27,426 nt of DNA, taken from contig MU057666.1 of assembly GCA_013265495.1 (NCBI GenBank), forward strand, positions 345,732-373,157, written 5' to 3'. The position numbers were made by a program, and so were the translations under genes. The notes beneath the pieces are model-generated. The model was not told the DNA's origin. It saw only the letters and a program-made list of their open reading frames with translations, and made no database searches. The DNA comes from Vicugna vicugna (Eukaryota). Below are positions 12,791 to 23,787 of this stretch, one piece after another; positions within the stretch are counted from its first letter, which is position 1, and every line of letters starts with the position of its first letter.

Positions 12791-13425
12791 AATTAGTAAT
12801 GGTGTATTATTCCAGCATGCACTAGCTTAGCTATTAGGGCCACATTTGAAAGCCAAAACCCTAGAAACCGTCAATGATAATTAAGACCCAGCTATAATTT
12901 AAAATTTTTTAAATTGGAGAAATAAAAATTTGTCAAGCATATCAAGAGTACAGATTTTTCCTAATAAGGTAACAGCAATTATTAAATTTGACCTTATACA
13001 AATGCCCTTTGAGGTAGAGCTTGTAAAAGCTATTCTCGCCATTGGTATTTTTACACAGTAGAAACTATACAGCAATAAGGATGCATAACAACAAGTTATA
13101 CATCTTAAATACATAGTATTTCATTGACTACTTACACATCAATAAGGGAGGGAATGTTTCTATTTTGTTAATTTTTTCAGGCCCTTTGCCTTTCCCATAT
13201 AAATGTACATTAGAACTATATATAAGCATAGATATATGTTGAGATAAGCCTACTCTTGTGTGTAAGAAGAAAATCATGCTTGTCTTAGATATATGGTTAT
13301 ATAATCTTTATATGTAAATATTTATCTTTTTTTCATTCAGATTACATATGATTTAAATATTTTATTAATGTAACCATACAGACTTCTCTATATTCCCAAT
13401 ATTTTTTTCTTCTGTGTTATTCCAG

Positions 13426-13542
13426 TAGTGCTGCTTGGCTCATTAGACTCTGTTGCTGAGGTCAGCCTTGATGAGCAGGATAAAGTAACAGCTAAGCCGA
13501 AGGCCCTGCCAGGTGTGACTGATAATGAAATGACAGGGACAG
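13426..13542 (+). pseudogene. CEP162: CEP162 pseudo-exon A (117 nt): VLLGSLDSVAEVSLDEQDKVTAKPKALPGVTDNEMTGT
   Basis: Polypyrimidine tract plus CAG acceptor ending at 13425. The open frame matches human VLLDSLDSVAEVNLDEQDKITPKPRCLPEMTENEMTGT. The expected phase-1 donor position (13543) reads AT instead of GT. Confidence 0.92.
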
Positions 13543-13999
13543 ATGAAAGTGAGAAACTAGCTGTTCTCAAATATGTAAGGGTCTGTGACTAGTTGACTTC
13601 ATTTCCAGGGAAATACATATAATACATAATAATATATATAATAACTGTCAACAATAAAACTTTACATTTGATATTTTCTCGCTCTTTCTATGTAAATAAT
13701 CTGAACTTGCTAATAGTGACACTTAATGCTAGCAGTCTCAGTGAAGTGTGATTTTAAATACTTTTTAAAAATGAATGAATGCTGCTGGTACAAAGTATAG
13801 CACTGTAGATGAATATTAACTAATTATCTGTGCCCCCAGAGTATTCAGTTAAATTTGCCATGTGGAGGAGAATTGAGACTTTGGTTTTGGGCTTTTCCAT
13901 AGTTCTCTCTGTATAGGAGAAAAAGCTAGCTCACATCCCCAAATTCTGAAATGTCTAGGACTATCCAGACTTCACCAACAGTTGTAAAGGTCTTTAAGA

Positions 14000-15181
14000 C
14001 AATGCCTTTTCAGACTTTTTTTTTTTTTTTAAAGCAGTGGAACCCTTATCTCCAAAAGGAATCTTAGAAAGTACTCTCTTTACAGATAAAAATGACATTT
14101 TACCAGTATAAATATAAATGTTTACATTCATGACATTTACTTAAAAAATTAGTGATAGCAATTAAAACAGACCACTACTGTTAAAATTGGGAGTTATAGA
14201 TATTTGTTATATTCTTATATCATCAGACTTCCAATATGTTTATATATTTTGTTTTTGTTGTATAATACCAAAATATTCTTGGCTGATCCCTTAAATAGGT
14301 GCAAATGGGAAATTTTCAACTTTCTTTGCAAGTCCCAGTTGACTAGTTTGGTCAACTAAACCAACCCAGACTCTTGAAAAAAAGATCAATAGAAAGGATA
14401 AATCACTAGCCAACTCTGAACATCTGCTTGCATTTTATTTTTATTTTATTTTGTTTTTTAAATTTTTTAATCAAACTAATATGCTTGAAGAAGAATTCAT
14501 GTATCATAATAGTGCAGATGATGAATTTTCAAATACTGAACACTGCCATGTAACCAACAACCAGATTATAAAAAGCAAAACATGATCAAAAGCACAAAGT
14601 CCACTCAGATCTCTTATTTCTAGTCACTGCCATTCCAACAATCACTATCTAGTTTTACATCCTTCCATTTTAAAATGTAAATATGAAAGTTAATAAATTA
14701 CAGCAGAAATTTTCCATCAAGACACATCACTCATTTACTTGTTATCACCCAATTGAATATTCTGTCATGATGAAAATGTGTGCCGGGCAAGTACTGCTCA
14801 GTCTCACCACTGGTGAAGTATATGTCACATATGTGCTGTGATAGTGCACTTACACTGTTCTCAGTGAGCAGATATGAGTTCTTGTAAAAGACCAATATAG
14901 AGCTACAGCTTTTCTAGTCAGTGACCCATTATGGGAGGTTCATGTATGCACAGGACAGCCAGAGGAACTTGATTCTGTGATGTGCGTGAAAACAAAGCTG
15001 GAGACCCAAGCTACCATGCTGGTGGTCTTCAAAATATTAATTACATAAAAGGCACATCTGAGTGTGCAGATTAATTTCTATTACAGTTTTTATGTTTTAA
15101 AATGAAATTCCAATCAAACATCTGTAGACCCCATGATTTTCTCTGAAAACTATCATTTTGTTAAAAATATGAAAACCACTG
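14000..15181. mobile_element. Charlie4-family hAT DNA transposon remnant interrupted by an L1 fragment
   Basis: Left end caatgccttttcagactttt...aaagcagtggaacccttatctccaaaaggaatctta; right end tatgaaaaccactg (TIR-like CAGTGGTTTTCA). The internal assignment is less certain. Confidence 0.6.
14433..14660 (-). mobile_element. L1ME-like 3' fragment nested in the hAT element
   Basis: T-rich tail then gatgaattttcaaatactgaacactgccatgtaaccaacaaccagat...ctagtcactgcc. Confidence 0.7.
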
Positions 15182-15224
15182 CTATAGATTATAAGAAAAA
15201 CTCAGAAATAAAAATGCTATTACT

Positions 15225-15456
15225 TAATTTGGAAGTTCAAGATTTGCAGATACTAACTACTATGTATAAAATAGATAAACAACAAGTTTCTACTGTATAG
15301 CACAGGGAACAATATTCAATATCTTGTAGTAACCTATAATGAAAGAGAATATGAAAATGAATATATGTATGTATGTGTATGACTGAAACATGTTGTAGAC
15401 CAGAAATTGGCACAGCATTGTAAAATGACTATACTTCAATTTTTTAAAAAGTCAAA
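15225..15456 (+). mobile_element. 5'-truncated lineage-specific L1 (cetartiodactyl/camelid-type 3' UTR) with TSD
   Basis: aacaacaagtttctactgtatagcacagggaacaatattcaatatcttgtagtaacctataatgaaa...gactatacttcaat followed by an A tail. TSD AAAAATGCTATTACT (15210-15224) / AAAAATG-TATTACT (15457-15470). Confidence 0.9.
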
Positions 15457-15609
15457 AAAAATGTATTACTGAAAGAAAAGTCTATTAAGATTATCTGGGC
15501 AGTTATATAATGCTAATTTTTTTAACCTTATTTCTTAAATGTTCTTGATTCTGAAATAATTTGATGAGTCACTTACTCGAAGAGTGTACAGTATAAGTTT
15601 ATTGTTTTG

Positions 15610-15785
15610 TGGGCTTGGATTTGTATTCCCAGCCTTGCCAATTAGCAGCTGGGTGACATTGGAAAATTAATGCCTCTAAGCCTGTTTCCTCTTCTCTAAA
15701 ATGAGACTGCGGGATGATCAGCTGCAATAACATATAGTGCCTAGTATATTGCTGAGATTCAACAAGCAGTGCCAGCTGTGTGGTT
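15610..15785 (+). mobile_element. MIR SINE
   Basis: ggatttgtattcccagccttgccaattagcagctgggtgacattgg...cctctaagcctgtttcctcttctctaaaatgag. Confidence 0.75.
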
Positions 15786-16955
15786 CTCATTATGTGCATC
15801 AACCTCTATTAATAGTACAGATTATGTGAAAGAACCTGAAGTCATGTATATAAATTCCTATTGGCTGTAACCTGTTAAATTTACCTAGTATTTCAAAAAT
15901 ACTCTTGAAAAATATTCAATCAGTATATGAACTTAGTTTAAAAATTGAAAAGATCAGTGGTTTTTTGTTTGTTTACCATTTGTCTTCTGGGATTAAGCAG
16001 GCTTGGTTTAGGTGATATGTTGTCAAAGATTATCTTTTTCATTAATATGACTCAAGAAGTTCCTTGTGCTTTATTGTCTTTTAAAAGTTGATGACTATAA
16101 AGTGAGGGCCAGATCTAGCCTTTTGCTTGTTTTCATCTGTCTCATGGGCCGGTGCTGTTTTGTGCTGTGGCTGTGTGACTGGCACAGTCACTGGATGTGA
16201 CAGAATTCTACACATTGGGACCCTTGCCACTGCACAATAGAATTTGACACTTCTCAACTTGTAAGTGGGAAAAAAATAGGAAGCTTTTGACCTGTAATAA
16301 TACACAAAATAATGACACAGTATTTTCTCTTTCTAATGTAAAAGGGGAGAAGTCAGCCCTTTACTTTTCTCTCTATAAAATACATGAATAGAGTTAACAT
16401 ACATGACCCTGGGATTATTTTTAATATCCATTGGGTTAATGACTCAAATTAAGAGAAATATACCTTTCTCCTGCTCTGTTGTCTGAGCAGCCCCTGATGC
16501 CTCTCTGTCTTCCATTTCTAATTTCTGACTTTTAGGTCATTTGCTTTTCTGCATGTTTGCTCTGCTGTTGCTTTATGCCAGAACCCCTTCTTTCTGATAC
16601 CTCTCACCTGTTAAATTAGATTGAGTGTTCAGTACTGCTCTGCTGGTTACCATTGGGATCATTTATTTTATCCAGACTAAGTGATGCTTAACACCCCCTG
16701 GTATTTCTGTAGAGCAGAAAACACATTGTGCCTTTTTCTTTTGTTCATAAAATCAATTCTGTCCTTCAGTCAGGCTACTCTGAGTCTGATCAATGGTTTA
16801 GAGGGCAGGCAAGATCTTTTCCCTAAAGTCCTGCTGAATATCCCTGCCACTTAATTAGTGATTCTGCTCTGATGATATTCCCTACTTTTTTGTTTTTAGT
16901 TTATTTAAGCAACTCTATTGCTTTTTGGGCATGCTTCAAATAGCAGTGGTGACCT

Positions 16956-17480
16956 TGTTTCTGATTCCAAACTCATTCTGCTCACTACAAAACAGGCCAG
17001 TAAATCTGGAGACAAGGTGTTGGGGCAAGGAAAAGTGATTTTATTCAGAAAGGCAGCAGACCAAGAGGATGGCCAACTAATATCTTGGAGAGCCATCCTT
17101 CTCCAGTCAGAATACAGACTCCTTTTATACAAACAACAACAACAACAAAAAGCCACAGAGGAGGGGGTGTGGTTCATTGTTGCAAACTTCTTGATGCAGG
17201 AATTCTTTGTTCTTGCAGCCGTCCATGTGTGTCCCTGTAAACCTTCAACAAAACAAAGGTTATTCTCTCTTTTGCAACTTGCGGTCTCTACATAAGTGAG
17301 AAAGTGCTGACATCCTTAAAGGTCAGAGCCCCAAGAATAGGCTCTCCTGTAGATTTCAGGCTAAAGGCAACATTGTTTCACAAAAGGTGCAGAGCTGGCA
17401 AGACTAAGCCTAGAAAACGGGGCACAGTGGTTAAAACTCAGAACAGATCCAATGTGTTGTCAGATTTCTTCTCTATTACA
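16956..17480 (-). mobile_element. ERV1-class solo LTR (525 bp), antisense to CEP162
   Basis: TG...CA ends and a perfect 4-bp TSD ACCT (16952-16955, 17481-17484). Minus-strand TATAAAA (17123-17129) and AATAAA (17040-17045) are in LTR order. Confidence 0.88.
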
Positions 17481-17879
17481 ACCTGAAGCATTAGGTAGAA
17501 AGATAGCCCATTGTAAGGCATTCTTACACAGTCACATGTAGGACTTGGCTACATCTTAAGTTTAGAGTTGAAAATAGTCCCTCAGAATTTTATACTGTGC
17601 AACTCACAGATTATGTAGAGGAAGAGGAGGCTGTATATACTGTTTCATTTTTAGGTATTAATTACTTAGTCATGGATATCAGGAGAAAAGGAGACTGGTC
17701 ACCCTGCTCTTCTTTTTTCCCATTCTTCTATGACACTTTTATTCTTTTCTCTAACTTTGAAAATTCCACTGTTATTAATGAAAGGTACAAAATGAGTTAA
17801 GAAAAGACTTATCAAAATCTTAGATCATTATTGTCATTAGGTCCTTTGAGTTCTTTTTTCCAGATTTTGTTTCTTGGTG

Positions 17880-18990
17880 GAAAGGGGAGGAGTTTAATAG
17901 GGATGGAAGAGTGAACAGTGACATCAGGTTTTCTCTTGTGGATGACTGGGTGAGTAATCATGCCATGGCTAAAACAGCAGATCCTGGGAGTAGAACTGGT
18001 TTTGCTGGGTGTCGGAGCTAGCCGACAATCAATCAGGTCCAGAAACCTGTGCTGCAGGACTGAGAAAAGGAAAGACGTAACAAAGAGACAGCAAGACAAG
18101 AAAAGTTGGGGTTGAGAGGGTCTCACTCTAGCCCGCAAGACGCTAGGTCTAGAGTGGATGCCGAGTTTATTTTCAGCAGTTCTTTTATATGATTTTGACC
18201 CATTAGCTCATACATTCCTGCACGTAGGCAACGGCCTAACCTCGTGACTCGTATACATTCAACTCAGGTGATTGTTCTCTAAAAGATCACTGATTTGTGT
18301 GCCGATTGTATCTCTCCCTCTGAAGGTCCTTTGTGACTTAATAGCTCAAAGATGTTTCCTCAGGCATTAGCGCACCTGGTGCATTCTTTAGTAAAAGGGG
18401 TGGCGGGACAGAGAGGTCTCTTGGCACTGTGGGGTTTTACGCCCAAGTTTTGTGCTCGGCAGCCCTCTGTCACGAGCGGCTCCCCGCAGCTGGGGAATAT
18501 AATTAATTCATTTGAGGTTGTGTTAGATGTGATTTACTTATAGAACAGCCTGAATGTCTATTTGGAAATTTAATATTCAGAAAAGAATTAAGGACAAAAG
18601 ACATAGATTTGTAAGTCACATGCATATGGGTGATAATTAAGTGAAGAGTCTTGATGAAATTATCCAGCCCTCCTCCCTACAAAGAGAGCTTTTAAAAAAG
18701 AGGGTTAAAGATGGAGTCCTGAGATGAGCAATGTACCATAAAAGATGGAGATGTATCCATCAGAGTGGTGGGGAGAGGAAGGCGCTGTATGGAATAAACA
18801 GTTCCCAGGGAAAGGGCCATTTCAGATGTCTCACAGGGTGAAGAAAATTAAAACAGTTGAAGAAATTTAAAGGCTGGATTTGGCCCCTAGGAAATTATTT
18901 TTTTTGTTACAGCAGCTTTAACACAGGATATTGGAACACATATTTGATGGCAAAGTTAGAGGATTGAATTTCAGTGGAAGAAACACAGAA
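17880..18990 (-). mobile_element. Degraded L2 fragment split by the LTR at 18010-18488
   Basis: gtgacatcaggttttctcttgtggatgactgggtgag...tgccat before the LTR continues as ttcatttgaggttgtgttagatgtga...gacatagatttgtaagtcac after it. Confidence 0.6.
18010..18488 (-). mobile_element. Young ERV2/betaretrovirus-like solo LTR (479 bp)
   Basis: Minus strand starts TGCGGGGAGCCG and ends CTCCGACA. Perfect 6-bp TSD GCTGGG (18004-18009, 18489-18494). TATAAAA (18183-18189) is closely followed by AATAAA (18166-18171), and CpGs are retained. Confidence 0.9.
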
Positions 18991-19388
18991 GACAAGATGC
19001 CTGGTGGCATTGGGAGGCAAAGAGAGAAAGAGAGGCAGAGGAGAGAGAGGTCCTTACAAAATTATGTCAGTTTGAGAAATTTAGGAGTAGTTTTTTCCAG
19101 CACAGAGATTGGTTATGGGTGGTAGGAAGAGACAGTAACTAGTGGGGTGAGATTTTACAACGGCCACGTCAGGACGCATCTCCGCCTCTGACAGGGGTTA
19201 CTGAGCCTGCTGCGATTTCATGCTGGTGGGCTGTGCCACATACTAGCAAGTTTATATTTCACCCTGTCTTTATCACATCATATTGTCCCACAGCCTTGTT
19301 CACCATTTCGGGTAGATTAAGGGATGACAGTGTTTTATATTTTCATGTATTTGTGTGGTCATGCTAGAGATTACATTTATTTCAATTG

Positions 19389-19580
19389 ATGTTTCTTACG
19401 GACAGAGCAGCAGTGACATTGAAACTCTGCATCAGATGTATTGTCATGTAGCCCTTTCTTGGGAAGATGCAGATGAACAAGGAACTGAGAGTGATACAGG
19501 GGGAAATACCAAGAGCTCAGTGAAAGAGCATCCTCAGGAAGATGAAGGGTCCTCTAAAAACATCTCTACCATGGAATGTG
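19389..19580 (+). pseudogene. CEP162: CEP162 pseudo-exon B (192 nt): VSYGQSSSDIETLHQMYCHVALSWEDADEQGTESDTGGNTKSSVKEHPQEDEGSSKNISTMEC
   Basis: Lies inside ORF 19355..19600 and matches human VSYGQSSSDVEALHQAYCHIAHS...KSSVKGHPQENEENSKNISTMES. The donor GTAAAA at 19581 is intact; the expected acceptor at 19387-19388 reads TG instead of AG. Confidence 0.93.
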
Positions 19581-19886
19581 GTAAAATCTGCTTCCTTTGA
19601 GACCCTCTCTGAACAGTTCCAGTGTGGTGTAATTTAAATTCAATTTACTGTAGTGATTGTTTCTCAATCTGTGGATTTATAGGGTTTGTTTAAATGGAAT
19701 CTAGGAATCATTGGTTTAATTATAAAGTTAGAGCTGAACATAGGGTAAAATTTCAGTTCCTCCTATAGTATGTCTTCCCAAATTAAGAAATCACTTAAGT
19801 ATTTTCACATTATTTATGCTTTTCCATGAACTTATGCTAGTTATTTTTTAAATAGAGAGCAGTATTTGGGATCAACTAAATACATA

Positions 19887-19917
<31 letters not shown>

Positions 19918-19924
19918 TGTGTGT
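19887..19924. repeat. (GT)n microsatellite with one interruption
   Basis: Read directly from the sequence. Confidence 0.97.
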
Positions 19925-20171
19925 ACACCCATATTCATATATTTGATGTGTGTAGGGGGAGGGAGAGAAAATATATAGATATATAATTCAAATATAAATA
20001 CCTAAGAAGATTTTCTTGTACAAGGAGGTTACAGTGGGAAACTGGGATTATTATATGTGCCATTTTATTAATGTGTCAATCAGAGACAGTGTAATTTTGG
20101 TGGTAGTAGACATTAAATTAAGCAGTTTACATAACATTTTTGGTTGCTGTTTTTAACTTTTCTCCCCTTAG

Positions 20172-20253
20172 ATCTGCCCATGGTAGAGAAGCTGATGAAG
20201 CCTATCAGAATAGATTCCTTTAGGGTTGATGGTTTTGATTTACAACCTGTCAG
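20172..20253 (+). pseudogene. CEP162: CEP162 pseudo-exon C (82 nt): (D)LPMVEKLMKPIRIDSFRVDGFDLQPV(S)
   Basis: Canonical tttctccccttAG acceptor and GTAAGA donor (20254). Matches human DLPTVEELMKPIRIDSFGISGFDLQPVS. Confidence 0.95.
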
Positions 20254-20834
20254 GTAAGAGTTTTTTGGAATGGATTGTGCAGGGTGTTTATTTATTTATT
20301 GTTTTGTCACTGGAAACTTTTGGCATCATTTGTTCTGTGTAGCCATCCCTAGTGAATGATTAACAGGTAGCTAGTATGAGTCTACCTGTGAGACACTCCT
20401 CTCTTCCCTTAATATTAGTCTTTATCAAGTCTTTATCTAGTTTATCAAAATTCTTCTAGTGCTAATTTTTTTTTAATAGATGCTCCTAAAAATGTTAGTA
20501 CCATTGGGTAGGTAATCGTAAAGCTTTTCACTGGAAAAATAAAATCTCATCAGCTTTAATAGCTCAGGGACAGTTGATTCAAATGGTAAGAGAGAACATG
20601 GATTTTATTCTGTAAATGAGTCATCCATTTGCTTCTTTTTAAATGAGTTAGTTTTGCACTTAGTCACAGACCAGCCATCATCTCCTAGGGTGAGTTCTTT
20701 GGTCACAAGATAAACAGGCTTTGTGAAAATATTCCAGCTCCAGTAGCTTTTAATGGAAGCTTGTGGGACCTTGCTGTCATTCACCAGCACAGGGTACCAT
20801 GTCACAGTAACCTTGTCATAAGACAAGTGTCACA

Positions 20835-21190
20835 TCCGTTATCTCATGAGATCCACACAATAAGTAGGTCAGGCGTCTTTATCCCCATCATTCAAGTGAT
20901 GAAACTGAGGTGAACCAACTTGGTGGTGGGGCTCTCACATCACAAGAACCAGATGATGACAGCTAACATTTTACCCCTCACTTACTGTGGGCTTGATACT
21001 GTGCTAGGTTCTTTACATGTTAGATTTCATTTAATCTTACAGCAGCCCCATGAGATATATATATTCCATTATCTCTCCCATTTCATAGATGAGAAACCTA
21101 GGCTTAAAGGGGTTGAATAAACTGTTCAAGATCACATGGCCATAACTCAGCAATGCACTTGGATTGTCAGGTCTTTGATCTCTGTAAAAT
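20835..21190 (-). mobile_element. Two tandem MIR SINE fragments
   Basis: atccccatcattcaagtgatgaaactgagg, then acagctaacatttt...tttaatcttacagcagcccc...cccatttcatagatgagaaacctaggcttaaaggggttgaataa. Confidence 0.8.
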
Positions 21191-21687
21191 ATTTCTGTGA
21201 AAAGCCTGTCATCCATTCTTGTATTATTTGTTCATTTGTGTTTTCAACAGACAAGTTTTTGAGCCCCTCCTTGAACCCCAAGCTCATCATGAAATCCACA
21301 TGCAGTGATTTCCTGGCCTTGTTTGTATTGAGTGTGCTAGTTGAAAGTGATGTGCTGTAGCTTACCCTAAACCCTGTCTACTTACCACTAAGTCTAGCAT
21401 TCTTCCCCTGATCTGTGGTGCTAGTTAGTGTTTTTATGGGGCTGATTGGGCTCCCTTATCACTGCTGTTTGGGGCTATACTTGTATCATTGAAGGGATTT
21501 TTCTACACATTTTGTGTCTTTGTTGGCATAACTGACACAATTTTAATAATGTGAATTCTAAATAGAGATGTTTACATTTGTGTTTAAAAGCTGAAAACAA
21601 GTATACTTACATTAAAAGCATAGCAATAATTATAGGAATGTCAGTAGTAGAAAGTTGAGTATACATATCCAAAACCTCTTTAGTAAA

Positions 21688-22103
21688 CCATAGGATAAGT
21701 AATCCTAACTGCTGCAACAAATAATCCTTAAATTTTTAGTAGTTTAACATCATCAATTACTTATGTCTTGCTCACATCATAATTCCAAGTGTCTCAGTGG
21801 AGTTGGGGGTGGGACTCTGCTCCACATAGTCATTTAGGGACCCAGGTGACTTTCTGTCTTCAGCACATGGTTTTGAGGTCCTCCTGGACTCATCAGTCAA
21901 TAAGGAAAGGAAATAGATGGTTAGCACGCTTCCTTTTAACTGCCTAATCACAGGAGTGTTACCTCCCTTCAGCCCACATTGTGTTGGTAAGAACCAGCAC
22001 ATCCAGCTAAACTAGGTTCAAGAGGGCTAGGAAGTGTGGTTTGCTCATATGCCCAGAAAGAAATGTAAACACATTTGGTAGGTGTCTAGCCAGTCTCTAC
22101 CAG
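21688..22103 (-). mobile_element. MLT1K/L-like MaLR LTR
   Basis: aggataag...ctgctgcaacaaataatcc...ctctgctccacatagtcatttagggacccagg...gcccacattgtgttggtaagaaccag...gggctaggaagtgtggt...agtctctacca. Confidence 0.75.
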
Positions 22104-23200
22104 AAACTTCCCTTCTAACAGCCAAATATCCATTCCACTCTTCATTGAACAAAGACCTACTCAGCCCCTCCCCAAAGCAAACAAGCCAGAGTTCCATTCA
22201 GAAAGGTATCCACCTGGAAGGCCAGGATTCCCAGCTGAAGCACAGTTCTCTTTGTCAGGTTTCAGTGTAGCTCCTCATTGTCTACTAATCAGTGAGTTAA
22301 AAGGCAAGTTTTGTCCTTTCTTCCCCATCCCAATATGGTGGTGAGACTAAGACTACTCCTGTTCAGAAAGGAGAAGAATGAGGAAGCTACAGCAATCAGC
22401 AGTGCAGCTTTGAGATCCACTGAAAGGCCTTATGAAGACCCCCTACCTTCAAGTTGGGCATTTCTCCCTTAATTAGGCCATTATTCTGCTCTTAAGGAGG
22501 AACTACTTCATAAATATATTGTTCCGTGTAGCTCCTGGTTCCAGTGGTCTTGTGTTTCTTCACCACTGGCTTCAAGTGAAGTGGGTAACGGGAGGAGGGG
22601 GCACCCATCTTTGAGAATGCACTCTTTTCTCCGCCTGCTTTCTGCCTGCAGGTAGGTGGTTCTGAGGCTGCCAGACAAGTCTCTAGCCTTTTTTTTTTAA
22701 GCAGAGTTGTGGTTTCTTTGTCATCTTTGTCATTACAGCTCCTTCAGAAAGTTTTTTAGGCTTCTGATCAATTTGGTTCCAGTCAGTCCCATGTGCTAGT
22801 AACTACATTTAAAGAAAATTAGGGTTTTTTTTTTTCTCAGTTTAGTTGCAGCTGTCTGGTTATTATGAGGAGCAATAATCTTGTTTGAAGATGGCACCTC
22901 TAATGTGATATTTGCCAAGGAACTGAATCACTCTTCAACAAAGAATTCTCATGAAATCTTGCTTTTTCACAGCATTTTTCAGTGCTGAATCTTACTGTTT
23001 GAGTCCAGATGCAGAGAGTGAACCTAAGAGGCTCTGAGTTTCTCGACTCTGTTCCCTTGGATTCCTTCTTTAAAGACCAGCCCGTTCTGTCTTGAGCTCA
23101 TCTTTTTCCCGGTAGTATCTTGTCAGCAATAGCCAGTAGTAGCTGGCACTTAAACACTTCCTGTCCTCTCCTGCCATTCTCAGACTCTGCTGAGGGCGCC
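22104..23200 (-). mobile_element. MaLR (MLT1) internal sequence contiguous with the LTR
   Basis: Follows the LTR directly with MLT-int-like motifs (ccaaatatccattcc, ctcctgttcagaaaggagaagaatgaggaag). The right boundary is approximate. Confidence 0.5.
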
Positions 23201-23787
23201 AGGCTCAGGAGCCACAGAAATGATTTCATTTAAAAATCCTAGTGATTTTAAGATTTTCCTATACCATGATGAAATTCATGCATTTTAATATTTATATTCT
23301 ATGCTTGATTGATATAAATTATGGTTGCTTCTGTAGTTTCTACTGGAAATGTATGAAATGTTTTTCCTGCCTCAAGTGTATGTTGATGTTATAATATGGA
23401 TAACAGATACTACAAAAGGACCATTTAGAAATTCATTTTTTATTTTTCTTCAACAAAAGCGATCTGTCTTGTTTGGTTTGGCTTTACTATGAAGTAGTTC
23501 TTTGAGTAAACCACGAAATCCCTTATATTATACTGTATTAAAATTCTTATCTGAAATTTAAAACAATTATGTGACACCATGTGAGTATACTCTGTTAAAC
23601 AGAATTGTAATATGTTTAACATTAATGACCTAATTTAAGAGTTACAGGTATTAAATATATTTAATAGTATTATATGTTAATAATATAAATGTTTCAATGT
23701 ATATCATGTATATACATATATATTAATAAAACTAATATTTGAGGAGTCATATGCGGTTCACTCTGTGTGCCTTCTTTTGTTTCATAG

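Noticed and set aside
13261..13292. gaagaaaatcatgcttg as the missing small upstream CEP162 exon (EEEKTGMLAN)
   Set aside because: Only vague similarity and no usable acceptor or donor.
14803..14868. Cluster of short palindromes (TCACCACTGGTGA, CACATATGTG, AGTGCACT, CACTGTTCTCAGTG)
   Set aside because: Each is short and they sit inside the probable hAT remnant, with no independent support for function.
16905..17486. ORFs of 125, 90 and 60 aa, one with poly-Q
   Set aside because: They lie largely within the ERV1 solo LTR, and the poly-Q is a short (CAA)n run.
17812..18543. ORFs of 108 and 63 aa
   Set aside because: They cross LTR/L2 boundaries and show no gag, pol or env similarity.
13543..19388. 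U12-type (AT-AC) intron to explain the AT at the donor
   Set aside because: It lacks the ATATCC donor consensus and ends in TG, not AC.
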